A stretch of 64,000 bases of DNA from NCBI GenBank assembly GCA_951406725.2, contig OX597826.1, positions 68,386,001-68,450,000 on the forward strand. The letters run 5' to 3'. The notes under the pieces were generated by a model. It saw nothing but the letters and a program-made list of their open reading frames with translations. It was not told the DNA's origin and ran no database searches. Below are positions 39,990-53,210 of the stretch, piece after piece; position 1 is the stretch's first letter, and every line of letters begins with the position of its first letter. The position numbers and the translations under genes were made by a program. Source of the stretch: Octopus vulgaris. Its lineage: Eukaryota.

Positions 39990-40024
<35 letters not shown>

Positions 40025-40210
40025 GGCGAGCTTGCAGAAACGTTATCACGCAGGGCGAAATGCTCAGCGGTATTTCGTCTGTCTTTACGTTCTGAGTTCA
40101 AATTCCAAGGAGACCGGCTTTGCCTTTCAACTTTTCCGGGTCGATAAATCATGTACCAGTTGCGTACTGGGTCGACATTTCGGTGCCTTGTGCCTAGAGT
40201 AGAAAGAACT
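40025..40210 (+). mobile_element. Family C SINE with a third tail type
   Basis: Family C head and domain followed by TTTCGGTGCCTTGTGCCTAGAGTAGAAAGAA. Confidence 0.8.
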
Positions 40211-40240
40211 ATTAACATTATTATTATTATTATTATTATT

Positions 40241-40420
40241 CTATGTTTGACATTTGCTTTATATTTGTACAAGTTGGCTCCAAGTCTCACCCAGAGACCT
40301 CAAGAGATAACAGGTTGGAAGTTCATGTTGTTGTTATGCCTAGTGTGCCATATATTTTTGGGGGGGGGGGGGGGGAGTTTTTGGTGTTGTAGTAATGAAT
40401 ATCTAAAAAAAAAAAAAAAA
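40241..40420 (-). mobile_element. Dong family 2, 3' UTR-only copy
   Basis: Reverse complement of ~38525-38682; the 3' end abuts (TAA)n. Confidence 0.9.
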
Positions 40421-40440
40421 AACGTTTCTGCAAGCTCGCC

Positions 40441-40517
<77 letters not shown>

Positions 40518-40539
40518 ATCATTATTTTTATTATTATTA

Positions 40540-40586
<47 letters not shown>

Positions 40587-40606
40587 ATCATCATCATTAT
40601 CATTAG

Positions 40607-40657
<51 letters not shown>

Positions 40658-40744
40658 CATCATTATCATTATCATCATTATTATTATTATTACTATTATT
40701 ATTATTATTATTATTATCATTATTATTATTATTATTATTATTAT

Positions 40745-40779
<35 letters not shown>

Positions 40780-40920
40780 TTAGTGTCATTATTATTATTA
40801 TTACTATTATTACTATTATTATTATTATTATTATTATCATTATTGTTATTATTATCATTATCATTATTATTATTATCATTATTATTATTACTATTATCTT
40901 TATCATTATCATTATTATTA

Positions 40921-40954
<34 letters not shown>

Positions 40955-40990
40955 CATTATTATTATTATCATTGTTATCATTATTACTAT
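40441..40990. repeat. Long (TAA)/(TTA)n degenerate microsatellite
   Basis: Trinucleotide tract with a strand switch near 40480. Confidence 0.95.
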
Positions 40991-41501
40991 TTAATCACAT
41001 TTATACCTGTGTAAAATGTCGTTAACAGTTGTCATCTCTGGTCATAAGCTCCACATTCGCTTAAGTGTATTCCGAATTACATAAGATATGTTGCTCTCCT
41101 TGTCAATCTTCCTCTCACCACTCCTCATCAATTACGTCAGCCTTTTCTTCTCACACAGTCTCCTTCCTCTCCTCTTTTGCTTTTCATTTGCCTCAGCCTA
41201 CAGTCCTTATCTTTCGACTCTTTGCCTTACCAACATTTCTCAACAGTTTCTGTCACTCACACATGGCATATTCTCTGAATCGGAAACGTTTGCTTTCGCT
41301 ACATTCTTGAATGTTATATCTACGTATGAATATATGTACGTGCACGCATGACTGTATCTCTGTACTTATGTATATAAGCATATATGTATGTGTGTATGTA
41401 GCTATGTATGTTTGTATGTACGTATATATATGCATGCATGTAAGAATGTATGAGTGTCTCTACCTACTTAATATATATATATATATATCATTGTGTGTGC
41501 A

Positions 41502-41545
<44 letters not shown>

Positions 41546-41547
<2 letters not shown>

Positions 41548-41727
41548 TTTAGTAAAATTTAGATTCAGATGCGTATGGTACTTAAGTTAAAGGCAACAGA
41601 ATTTAGTATGGTATTATCCATATAATTCAAAATTTGGTGATTATAATCAAAATAATCAACAAGGATATCCAGAGGTAATGAAACGATCGTACTGCATTAC
41701 CTCTGGATATCCTTGTTGCTTAGTTTG

Positions 41728-41730
<3 letters not shown>
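41546..41730. repeat. Second copy of the 30334-30540 fold-back element
   Basis: Same extension AGATTCAGATG..TATGGTACTTAA, with shorter arms around AAACGATCGTACTG; inserted in (TA)n. Confidence 0.9.
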
Positions 41731-41795
<65 letters not shown>

Positions 41796-41969
41796 TGTAT
41801 GCATCTATGTCTATAATATCATACAATTATTTATATGCATACGTACACACATATATTTACGTTTATATATACGTGCATCTACGTGTGTTTATCTGAGCGT
41901 ATGTTACGTCTATGTCTGCTTCTCTGTGCTCTGTAGTTATTTGGGTGTTTACATGTATATACAGTGTTA

Positions 41970-42057
<88 letters not shown>

Positions 42058-42382
42058 TAAATTGATTCATACTTCACTTCACCCGAATTTCGATAATTTA
42101 AAATGTAACGGGAGACAAACTTCTAGACTTTTATACATTTACTAATTAACATAACACAAGTGGTCTCAAAGTGAAGAACTCGCAAGATGTTTAAGTAAGA
42201 AGAATTTGTCGGTCTGTTGCCAGAAGATTTGAGGAGCGATTAATTTTGATATTATACCTTCGTTGTTTAGTTACAGCAGTGAACTTAAACCATTTATGTT
42301 ATTAGACGATGTAACATCATGTATGTGTGTATGTGAGTGTCAGTGAAATAATAATATTAACAACAACAACAACAACAACAAC

Positions 42383-42462
<80 letters not shown>

Positions 42463-42481
42463 TAATAATAATCATCATAAG

Positions 42482-42705
42482 CGCAGGGGGGATGCGTAGT
42501 CCTTGAGCAAAACATTTCATCTCAATTTTCTCCGCTCCGCATACCTCTAAATTGATACCTCTGCGACAGAATAACCTTCCGATCAGGGGACAACGTTAGC
42601 CTAGTCATATCAACAAGAAGGGTGGGGGGAATCATTCGAAATCTATCAATGCAAAGCGCATTGTGGCCAGCGATGTATAACAACATCTGATAATCTGGTC
42701 GATAC
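42482..42705 (+). mobile_element. Old CORE-type SINE relic with a different tail
   Basis: GTCCTTGAGCAAAACATTTCATCTC is CORE-like, followed by degenerate CTGCGACAGA...CCGATCAGGGG. Confidence 0.5.
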
Positions 42706-43493
42706 CGCAGTACCCTTATATATGCATTTACATCATGGCAACTTGGCGGTTCCATGAGAATCCCAGAACGTGACCCCTTTGTTCCCTAGTCAATACAAAT
42801 GTTTTGAGTAAAACAGGGTAGATGGAAAGTGTATGCAAATGTCATGGATATTAAATTATAAATAACAACGATCATTCACAGATGAAAGGCTTCAGTACAG
42901 TCTTATAAATCAATTTTATATTTTATTATATTGTTATCATGATCTTAGCATTCAAATTCTTCAAAGTTTCTTCAAACAGTGAGAATAATGCAGAATTTGT
43001 TGGTGTTTATATAAGAGAAATTCTATTAAAGATATTTAGATTTGATAGGATTTTTAAAAATAACTCTATGCAAAAAAGGAATAAAGGCGTCAAAAAAATT
43101 TGCTGAATTATTGTAGAAAAATAGGATTGTATCGAATATTATGTATACGATTACATCTAATTACTGAAACCTAATAATCAATGAAATTAGATACTTAAAG
43201 GTCATTTAAAGGTGAAAAGTGAATTATCTAGCTATGGTGTGAAATGCGTGCGGAAATAATGTCGGTATGTTTGTATGTGGAAATTACTCTGTAGAATTCA
43301 TATCACGGCGTATTCACAATGTATGAAGGGTTGTGTGGATATGATCTTTTATCCTTTTACACGTTTACTTGTTTCAATCAGTTGACTGCGGCCATGCTGG
43401 AACACAACCGGTAGTTGAACAACTCGATCCCAGGACTTTTTCTTTGTAAGCCTAGAACAGTGGGATATTAATATACGTGTAGGGGCAGAGATG

Positions 43494-43754
43494 TGGAGGC
43501 GCGTGGCTTAGGGGTATAGGGTGTCAGCATCATGATCGTAAGATTGTGATTTCGATTCATGGACCGAGCTACGCGTTGTGTTCTTGAGCAAAACACTTCA
43601 TTTCACGTTGCTCCAGTCCACTCAGCTGGCAAAAATGAGTAACGCTGCGATGGACTGGCGTCCCGTCCAGTTGGGGAACACATACGCCATAGAAACCGGG
43701 AAACCGGGCCCATGAACCTGGCTAGGCTTTAAAAGGGCGCAGTTATTTATTTAT
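43494..43754 (+). mobile_element. Chimeric SINE: A-type head and CORE with tail 2
   Basis: CORE-like domain as in family A, then AACGCTGCGATGGACTGGCGTCCCGTCCAG...GGCTAGGCTTTAAAAGGGCGC as in the family D copies. TSD TAGGGGC(A/G)GAGATG at 43480-43493 and 43755-43768. Confidence 0.92.
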
Positions 43755-44017
43755 TAGGGGCGGAGATGGAATCTGTATACAAGGCAAGGTATCGAGGCCG
43801 CCATTACACTATTTTATGTAGGACAACAGATAAAATCAGAAGCACTTGTGATTTTAGACTGACGCCGCCCGCCAGTTTGAAAGCGTGATCAGCCTGTATT
43901 TGGTATTAAAACGGAAATGAAATCTGTGACCCTTAAGCGTGAGACAAACATATATGTGGACTTCACAGCGAAAAAGAATAATAAAAGAAACCTGAAGCAA
44001 ATATATATATATATATA

Positions 44018-44145
44018 TAACGGGAAGCTTTATGAAAATAGACAAAAGACGAAGGCAGGTTTACGGAAATAAACAAAAGACGAAGGCAGGTGGAATACAA
44101 ACAAACAATTGTATTAGTATGGCGCTCAGGAAATATAAATAAAAT
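44018..44145 (-). mobile_element. 3' part of the 7143-7305 repeat with an internal ~31-bp tandem duplication
   Basis: The reverse complement reads GAGCGCCATACTAATACAATTGTTTG...CCACCTGCCTTCGTCTTTTG; ACAAAAGACGAAGGCAGGT occurs twice. Confidence 0.65.
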
Positions 44146-44649
44146 ATATATATAAACATTTCGTCAACTAAATTTTTTTATGCAGAGTCGTTATGATTTC
44201 GGTGCTGGAAAATATCGATATCGCTCATCCGGAAAGCATCGGGCTAAAAGACAAAAAGAAAACGAAGTCAAGTTTTATGACTGAAAACATAGAAGACATT
44301 TAAGAGAGGAAGAACAAACACGGATGAAGAAACGAAAGATTATTAACCATAATTTTCCAGTTTAAGCAGATACGTGAAAAGGCTAGCATAGAAAATTCGG
44401 GAAGGAAAAGATGATAGGAAGGAATAGTGGAAATTTCCTTGATCAGGAGAGGAGACTGAGAGAGCAAATATATACACATACACACAGCGTGTCCCCTCTC
44501 CCAATTGGTGAATGCATGAATATGGGCACGATTATGTGCAGTTAAAAGCTTGCTTAGGAGTCACGTGGTTTCCGGTTCAGTACCTGTGCTCAACAAATTC
44601 AGCAAGTGTCGTCTTTTTGCAAACAAACCGACCAGTACCTTGTGAATGA

Positions 44650-44705
<56 letters not shown>

Positions 44706-44752
44706 CTTGCTTACCAATCACACGGTAAAAGTAAAAGAGTAAAAGAGTAAAC

Positions 44753-44837
<85 letters not shown>

Positions 44838-45039
44838 AGGAATATGTTACTAAAAGAAAATAGAAACTACACGTGGAAATGTAAGAGGAAACTTAGAAGA
44901 AAAATAAGCGACAATGCACATTGGAAATCAAAAAATATAAATGGTTTTTATGAAACGTAACGATAGTTATATAAAATTAGATGAACTAAGGTTGGATTGA
45001 AAGTATTAAAAGTCATTATTGTGAATTGTTAGAGATTTA

Positions 45040-45077
45040 AAAGCATACCGGTTTCGTAAATAACTAATCATTGCTTT
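45040..45077 (-). ncRNA. Decayed minimal type I hammerhead ribozyme motif
   Basis: Minus strand AAAGCA-AUGAUUA-GUUAUUUAC-GAAAC-CG-GUA-UGCUUU: perfect 6-bp stem I, palindromic stem III (ACCGGU) and two core mismatches against CUGAUGA. Confidence 0.6.
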
Positions 45078-45427
45078 GAATGTACACCGTTGGTAGTGTA
45101 TTGCAAAGTCACATGTACGAATTAACATAATGAATAATGAGACAGGATGACTATTTCATTTGCGGGTACAGGCTTCCAAACATTTTCCGTTTGCATAATT
45201 TCACTCGTAAACATTGGGTCGATCTACGCAGAGGGATAAAATCTGGGAATAGAGGATTTTGAATCGAAATTAAGCACTTACTCCTCTCCGCTTCAAATAT
45301 ATCTTCAACGTACATTTATAGATCAAGTTTACATGAGAGATTTTTACACACACACACCCCCACACCTACACGCACTCTCGCGCACACACCCCCCCCACAC
45401 ACACACATACACGCAAATATATATGGA

Positions 45428-45665
45428 TACTCTTTATTCTCTCTTTTACTTGTTTCAGTCATTTGACTGCGGCCATGCTGGAGCACTACCTTTAGTCGAG
45501 CAAATCGACCCCAGGACAATTCTTTGGAAGCCTAGTACTGATTCTATCGGTCTCTATTGGCGAATCGCTAGGTTACAAGGAAGTAAACACACCAGCATCG
45601 GTTGTCAAGTGTTGTTGGGGGACAAACACGGACACACAAACATACAAACACACATACACACACAT

Positions 45666-45712
<47 letters not shown>

Positions 45713-45888
45713 TACACATATACAGGACGGGCGTATTTCAGTTTCCGTCTCCCAAATCCACTCACAAGCGTTTGGTCGGCCGGGGGCTATAGTAGATGCG
45801 ACTTGCCCAAGGTGCTACGCAGTGGGACTGAACCCGTAACCATGTGGTTTGTAACCAAGCTACTTACCACACAGCCACTCCTGCGCCT
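45428..45888 (-). mobile_element. Family B SINE, full length
   Basis: Both halves conserved, with a central (CA)(TA) tract. Confidence 0.93.
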
Positions 45889-45930
45889 ATTTAGAAACAT
45901 ATGTATACAATTATATATATATGTATGTGT

Positions 45931-46049
<119 letters not shown>

Positions 46050-46393
46050 GGTATGGGTGTGTGTATCCTTTACATATATACCCTATTCCATTTAGAAGCT
46101 TATAAATATAAATACAGAAAAAAGTCTATGATTAAACATATATACTCGCGTTCTTACACACGTGTATTTGAACACTTGTCCTTTTTGTTCCTGTGTATAT
46201 ATTCGTGTGTGTATGTGTGTGTGCATGCGTGCGTGTACACGGAGTATTATAACTCAACGCTAAGATATGTTTCGAAATAAATAAATAAATAAAATATTTT
46301 ATAACTGTCATCACCTGAAACAATCGATCGCATATATTTAAATATGATTGAATGATTATAGGAAAGAAACTCCCATATCGATACGCACACACA

Positions 46394-46476
<83 letters not shown>

Positions 46477-46597
46477 CTTAGATTAGCACGTCTCTTCTTA
46501 CACGCGCTTCTTATGTAGTATAATAATATATCTGCGTGTGTATTTGCACTGTTGGATAAAATATATATTTCCATTGGGGAACAAAAATAACTAGCGT

Positions 46598-46629
<32 letters not shown>

Positions 46630-47223
46630 TATATATTAAAAAAAGGCTCACGAATAACATGGCGGATGTGTGATTATATCTCCTATAATCTAGCAGAGGC
46701 ATTTCATTAGATACCATTAAATAGTATGACATTTACACCAAATTAAATAATGAAATATATCAATGTAGTTATTTGCCATGTACGAGATATGAGAAGCGAT
46801 AAAAAAAATGTGGGTAGTTGTAAATTGAATCGCCTATATAAAACGAAAAACGAAAAACGAAAAACGTTTCTAGAGATTGTATTAGAAGATGCGATTGAAC
46901 GTATATCTGTTCTTGTTTGGATAATATACTACTGGCTGGTAAAATCTTTCACACTCTCATTTTTTTAGTCATACACCGGTTACTGGTACTTTTCTCTGAG
47001 TGGAAGTTGATGGTACGGTGTGTGATATAGAATGGTGCTTGCATCTTTCTTTTGATTAGGAAGGAAAGTATACGGAATATCTGAAGAAACTAATTTACGG
47101 CGTCGGTAATTATCACATATTCAGATTCGTTTAAACTGATGCGTTAAGAATTTGAAATGGCGGTTGGTCATGTTAATTAGTAGCAATAGAAGAGGTAGTA
47201 CCAGCGGAAACATCAGTATCAGT

Positions 47224-47710
47224 GGAGGCGCAATGGCCCAGTGGTTAGGGCAGCGGACTTGCGGTCGTAAGAACGCGGTTTCGATTCCCAGACGGGACAT
47301 TGTGATTGTTTATTGAGCAAAATCACCTGAGCTCCACAAGGCTCCGACGTGGGGTGGTGAACCGCGCTGTACTCTTTCACCACAACTTTCTCTCACTCTT
47401 TCTTCATACTTCTGCCACACAGCAGAGGAACCATCGTGTAACCAACTATGGTGTGTTGTGAACTTTCAGACCCTAGTCTAAATTGTAAATCCTCTATAAC
47501 CCAGGATGGTTCAGCTCTCCACCCGTTAAAAGCCACCATTTACGGAATGAGGATAACAACGTAGCTCTCGCGCTCGTGCAACCACCAGTCTATCGTGTAT
47601 GGTGGGTGGATCTTCAAGTTGCCACACGCATTCTTAGTAGCTTAGAGTAGGCTCGAATTAGGGATTATTCTTTGTGGCTAATGGCGTGAGTCCTGATTGG
47701 AAGAAGGTAC
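47224..47710 (+). mobile_element. Family D SINE, tail 3 (GAA-ended)
   Basis: Family D head, then a ~300-bp tail ending GTCCTGATTGGAAGAAG. TSD CAGTATCAGT at 47214-47223 and 47711-47720. Confidence 0.92.
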
Positions 47711-47745
47711 CAGTATCAGTAGCTGCCCTCGTCATCGTCGTAGTG

Positions 47746-47796
<51 letters not shown>

Positions 47797-48355
47797 ATAG
47801 TAGTAGTAGTAGTAGCAGTAGGAGGAGGAGGAGGAGGAGGAGGAGGAGGAGGAGGAGGAGTATGAAGGCCATCTGTTGCTCGAACAACGAGATTCTCCGC
47901 TCCTTTCTTCATGTTCAGCAGCGATGGTAATACGGGCAACGGAGTCAAATTTGGTCAGCTAGAAAACCCTAGTCCAGAGTAACATGTTGGAGGATTTTAC
48001 GTGAAGCTCGTCCTATTCACAAAATATGGTGTCGTGTTACTTCCGCAGGTGCAGGATGCGACTAACCAGATCTAATCAGGAGTTGCGCAGCCCACCGCAT
48101 ACGGGGAAGCCCTTACATGAGGTAAAGTAAACCTCGAGCACAATTCTTTTCCCTGACTGGCTTACCGCAGCCTATTTGTGACCCAATTGGAGAAATTCGC
48201 ACTTCCTTGTCCCTCCGATAAATGCTCCTGGTTGTTCTATACTTCCCTTGGCCTGAGGGTTCAAAGAATCGTTGTGAACTTTGAAATCACAGAGAATAAT
48301 GATTTCAGAGAGAAGCGAAATGTAGGATAGACGTCACCAGCGAAGAGAGATATAT

Positions 48356-48731
48356 AAGCGCAGGTTTGGCTGTGAGGTAAGTAGCTTGCTTACAAACAAA
48401 ATGGTTCCGGGTTCAGTCCAATTTCGTGGCACCTTGTGTAAGTGTCTTCTACTATAACCTCGGGCCGACCAAAGCTATGTGAGTCGCATGTATTTATATG
48501 TATATATATGCGTGTGTGTGTTTGTGTGTCTGTGATTGTCCCCCTCACCATCGCTTGATAACCGATGCTGGTGTGTTTACGTCCTCGTAACCTAGCGGTT
48601 TGGCAAAAGAACCGATAGAGTAAGTACGGGGCTTACAAAGAATAAGTCCTGGGATCGCTTTGCTCGACTAGAGGCGTTGCTCCAGCATGGCCGCAGTCAC
48701 ACGACTGAAGCAAGTAAAAGAGTAAAGAGTA
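48356..48731 (+). mobile_element. Family B SINE, with a deletion before the central tract
   Basis: The head and 3' half match 18120-18550. Confidence 0.9.
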
Positions 48732-49553
48732 TATCTTCGAATGATTGGTGGCTATCGTATTTCGGGGAGCGGGATTGAAATGCAGATATATTTAAAGCAC
48801 GGTGGGTGGCGAGTTTTGTTGTTTAACCGCAAATTACTTAACACCTGACCAAGAGACACGTGTTCAAAGGAATTCGATTCCTGATCCTACAGACAAGCGA
48901 ACGAATCATTTCTCCTGCATATTTATAACTAAAACATCCGAAACGTTCTCTTTTTGATATTGTAATGAGTGATTTGTGAATTATATAGCTGCAAAGTCTA
49001 TCATCATATAATTACAGATAATATTATCGAACGGTTATTGCCATCAAAATTGGTGCGTCTCAAACTTATGGAGATCATCGTTACATCAAGTATTTGATTC
49101 TCTCAAGCGGTTTATTTTTAAGTGACCATAATAGAGGTCTTCTACTACACCAATGCGTGTATACATATAGGCATGTATATCTGCGTGCAGATATACATTT
49201 ATGCGTTGATGTATGTATTGAGAAACGAGTGTAAATATTTTGTGTTTAAGAAGTCTTCCTGAATCCGAATATCAAATAAGAACATTCTTTGTAGTTAAGT
49301 TCTATCCCTATATCACCTGCAAACGTTGTTATTAAATCCATCTATCGCTGTAAATGTTTCAAATGTACATCTTTTGATCATTCACAAATAAGATCTCTCG
49401 CTGTTTATGCCAAAAACATAACCAATGAACATTTCTAAACGAAATGTCAGTGGATTTAGAGCCAAAATGAACAGGAGCCAAGACAAAATGTCTCCTTCAA
49501 ATATTTTCCTTTTCAAAGATTTCTAACATCAGAGACAATATTTTTACTTTCAG

Positions 49554-49617
49554 TTACAGACGTGAAAATTATTGACCGAGATTTTGAGCCTTTCAATGGC
49601 TGCCATAAGAGCAGCTG
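49554..49617 (+). CDS. Candidate 64-nt internal coding exon (xTDVKIIDRDFEPFNGCHKSSx)
   Basis: Branch-point-like TTCTAAC (49521-49527), pyrimidine tract TTTTTACTTTCAG, an open non-repetitive frame and donor CTG|GTACGA. No homologue recognised. Confidence 0.33.
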
Positions 49618-49736
49618 GTACGATTTGTCAATCGCAGTGATTACAATAACAATAATTGTAGAACATAATAGAATGCATAATTGCAATCAAGCCAAACTGT
49701 CCACAAGGGTTTTGCCATATTGTCGCATCCCTTTCT

Positions 49737-49920
49737 CTCTCTTTCTCTTTTACTTGTTTCAGTCATTTGATTGCGGCCATGCTAGAGCATTGCCATTAGT
49801 CGAGCAAATTGACCGTTAGAATAAGTACTAGGAGTACAAAAGAATAAATCCTGGGGTCGATTTGCTCGACTAAAGGCAGTGCTCCAGTATGACCACAATC
49901 AAATGACTGAAACATGTGAA
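49737..49920. mobile_element. Inverted pair of family B 3' ends
   Basis: A minus fragment (49737-49815) is fused to a plus fragment (49817-49920). Confidence 0.88.
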
Positions 49921-50084
49921 TGAAAAATAGGATAAATTTTTTAAAAAAACGTTCAGCTCGTACGAGTTGGGTATTTGTAAACATTGTACCAGGGACATTT
50001 ACTGTCCTTTTCTCAGGAAGCTATGAAGGTATTGATAATTGATTCATGGAGATACGAAGATTTTTATAATTCAGGACTTTATTA

Positions 50085-50607
50085 TTAGGTTGAGGAAAAA
50101 GTTCGTGCGCCGTGTTAAAATAATGAGTTTTGAAATATATTTTTGAGGTGTGTGTGTTCTTTCAGTTCATGTCATGTTCGATTGGTGACTCACTGTGTTC
50201 GTCGAAACTGCGCTTTGTTTCAAGAAGACAAGACAATTTCTGCGACCACATCAACCCGAACATCTGGCCACCTAACTCCCCAGACTGCATTCCTCTTGAT
50301 TATTATGTGTGGGACCTAGTCCAGCGAGAGACCGACAAAACTACTTGTAACACCAAAGATGGACTGAAGGCAAGGATTATGGCAGCTTTCACAAACTTAA
50401 ACAAAGAGACCGTCCAGAAGAGTTGCCGGAGTTTCCGAAGTCGTCTGGAGGCCTTACTTGAAATCTATAGCGATTTTAAAAAATAAATCTACTCTTTACT
50501 ATTTCAAGTTATTCTTATGTAATTTTGTTAAATACAACTATTAATGAGATGTCAGTGTTATTTTCATTTCTGCGTAATTTTGACGACAATTTATTCACTG
50601 CACCTTG
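50085..50607 (+). mobile_element. Tc1/mariner-superfamily relics: a mariner-type TIR fragment fused to a transposase C-terminus with a different end
   Basis: TA-TTAGGTTGAGGAAAAAGTTCGTGCG at the left. The ORF gives PNIWPPNSPDCIPLDYYVW...LKARI...SCRSFRSRLEA (WPPNSPDLNPLDY motif). The right end is ATTTATTCACTGCACCTTG-TA. Confidence 0.8.
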
Positions 50608-50613
50608 TATATT

Positions 50614-50780
<167 letters not shown>

Positions 50781-50782
50781 TC

Positions 50783-50945
50783 CGACGGGATTCTTTCGGT
50801 TTCCGTCTGCCGAATCCACTCATGCGGCTTTGGTCAGCCCGAATCTATAGTAGAAGGCAATTAGTCAAGGTTCCACGCAGTGGGACTGAACGCAGAAACA
50901 TGAGGATGGGATGCAAGTTCTTACTACACATTCTCACCTGCGCCT
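50783..50945 (-). mobile_element. Family B SINE, 5' half
   Basis: Matches 19104-19267. Confidence 0.85.
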
Positions 50946-51189
50946 ATATATATATATATATATATATACATATATGTGTGTGTGTATGTATATATGTATG
51001 AATGAATGTATATATATATGTATATATACACACATACACACACACATATACATATACATGTATATATGTTGGCACCTCTGTATTCAATGGAGTTCTCTTA
51101 GCTTTCAAGTAACAATGCTATCTGGAGTTTCACTATGGCCTACCTTTAGACTGTTATTAGATTCATTTATTTGAAAGTAGGGTATATTC

Positions 51190-51640
51190 TTTTAGATGGC
51201 ATTTATATCTCTGTCGGCATTTTGAAACGAATTTCTCTTTTCTGCCATGATTATCTTAGCTCCGTTGTAACGGTGCTAAGTGGAGCTCTCTTGAGTTTCA
51301 ACTTTTCGCGTGTAGACATTGTGATTGACTTTAGTTCAAATATGTGGATTCAGACTTTACATTCGTGTACAAATATATTTAGAAAAATCCGTTAGCTTCT
51401 TGCTGCGTTACATTGCCGCAATTCAGTATGTGGCGGCTTTTGAAGAAACGTTCTCCCAATTCAATATAACCGATCTATTTAACCATTCTTGCTTGTTACT
51501 TTGGTACAGTATGCAACAACACTTCTAGCACTATTCACCATAATGCATTTTCGTTTCATGTATGCATCAGTTATTCCAAACAATATTTTGTGGCTGTGTT
51601 CCTTTAGAGCAAATCCTATTTTAGGTACCGAACTAACATC
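51190..51640 (-). pseudogene. Penelope-like GIY-YIG endonuclease relic
   Basis: Across frameshifts: SVVAYCTKVTS, GYIELGERFFKSRH (YIG..E..FK.R), TDFSKYICT (T.LSKYIW) and KCRQR (SKCRH). Confidence 0.65.
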
Positions 51641-51998
51641 TGTATTCAATATAGTTTTTGTTAAATATATATTGCATTTGTGATTTTTCGATACTGCAGG
51701 TACATACATGCATTTACAGAGAAAGATCGAGAGAGATAAAAAGAGAGAGCGAAAGGGAGAGAGAGAGAGAGAGAGAGAGTGAGCGAAAGTGAGAGAGAGA
51801 GACGGAGAGAAATATACAGATATATACACACTTATATACACACATACATATACATATCCATAAAATTATAAATAAATATTTCCTTAAAATGTTAATATTA
51901 TCCACAGGACATAAACACATATGAAAATATTTCTATAAAAATGTTTATATAAAAGAGAGTTCAAATGCATATATATATATATAGCAAACGTTGAATAG

Positions 51999-52065
<67 letters not shown>

Positions 52066-52417
52066 GATGTGTAATTTTTTTGAATAACTTACATGTAAAA
52101 TAAACACCGTTTACATCACTCATGCAAAATTTGTGGCCAAACGCCAATACTATTGGAATTCCTTATAGAGTTTTCCCTTTTATTTAAGGTGGGGAAGGAT
52201 GTTATGATGTTTTCATTATATCGTCCATGTTATTATTGCTTTGCTTCTAATTTCATATCCTTCTATATATTTCCTTCTTTTTTTCATTTCTATAAATTTC
52301 TATTTTATTTATTTACCGATGCTGCTTTCGCATTTGTATCTTGCAGGTTCCAGAACTGATTTTTAAAATAACAATTTTTCTTAAAGTTATCCACCAATAA
52401 TGAAACTGTTGTCGGTG

Positions 52418-52479
<62 letters not shown>

Positions 52480-53210
52480 AATAATATTTTCTTTCTGTTT
52501 GTTATCTTTTTCATAATTTCATTACATGTAAAGCTCCACAATTTATTCTGACTTTGTAACCCGCCTCAGCCTTCACCCTTGTGGCAAATAAATTAAATCA
52601 TTATTATTATTAGTAGTAGTAGTAGTAGTAGTAGTAGTTGTTGTTGTTGTTGTTGTTGTTGTTGTAGTAGAAGAAGTATTATGTGTATCCTCACTATCAT
52701 CATCATCATCGTCATCATCATTTTCCTCATTATCATCACCATCGTCAAGAACGGCAGCGTCTGTAACGCCATCGCTCCTAATATCTTTTTCTCATGATAA
52801 CTCTTCTAGAGTTCTGCTTTCAGCAACCTTATCTACGGATCGAAATCGGAGTCAAAATTGGAATTATTTGCATAATTATGCAATTTCCTGAAAATCTCTA
52901 AATCTTTGCCTTTATAAACCTGGAAATTCCAGCTAGAAAAATGCATAGTGTCATTTTTTCAAGCTACTCACGGGTTGAGTTCAAATCCTAACTAATTTTA
53001 AATATACCTGAAGTCTATGAAATAAAGTACCAGTGATATACGGGAATCAATAGAATCGACTAACCTTCCTTTAAATGTCCGTAAATAAGACAATATTATT
53101 ATTACTGTATCATGAAAAATCTCGGCTTTATTTTACTCGGTATGATTGATAGTGTCAGCTGGGTAAGGTGAGATATGTTTTGTGCCAACAGAACAAGGTG
53201 GTTTATGAAG

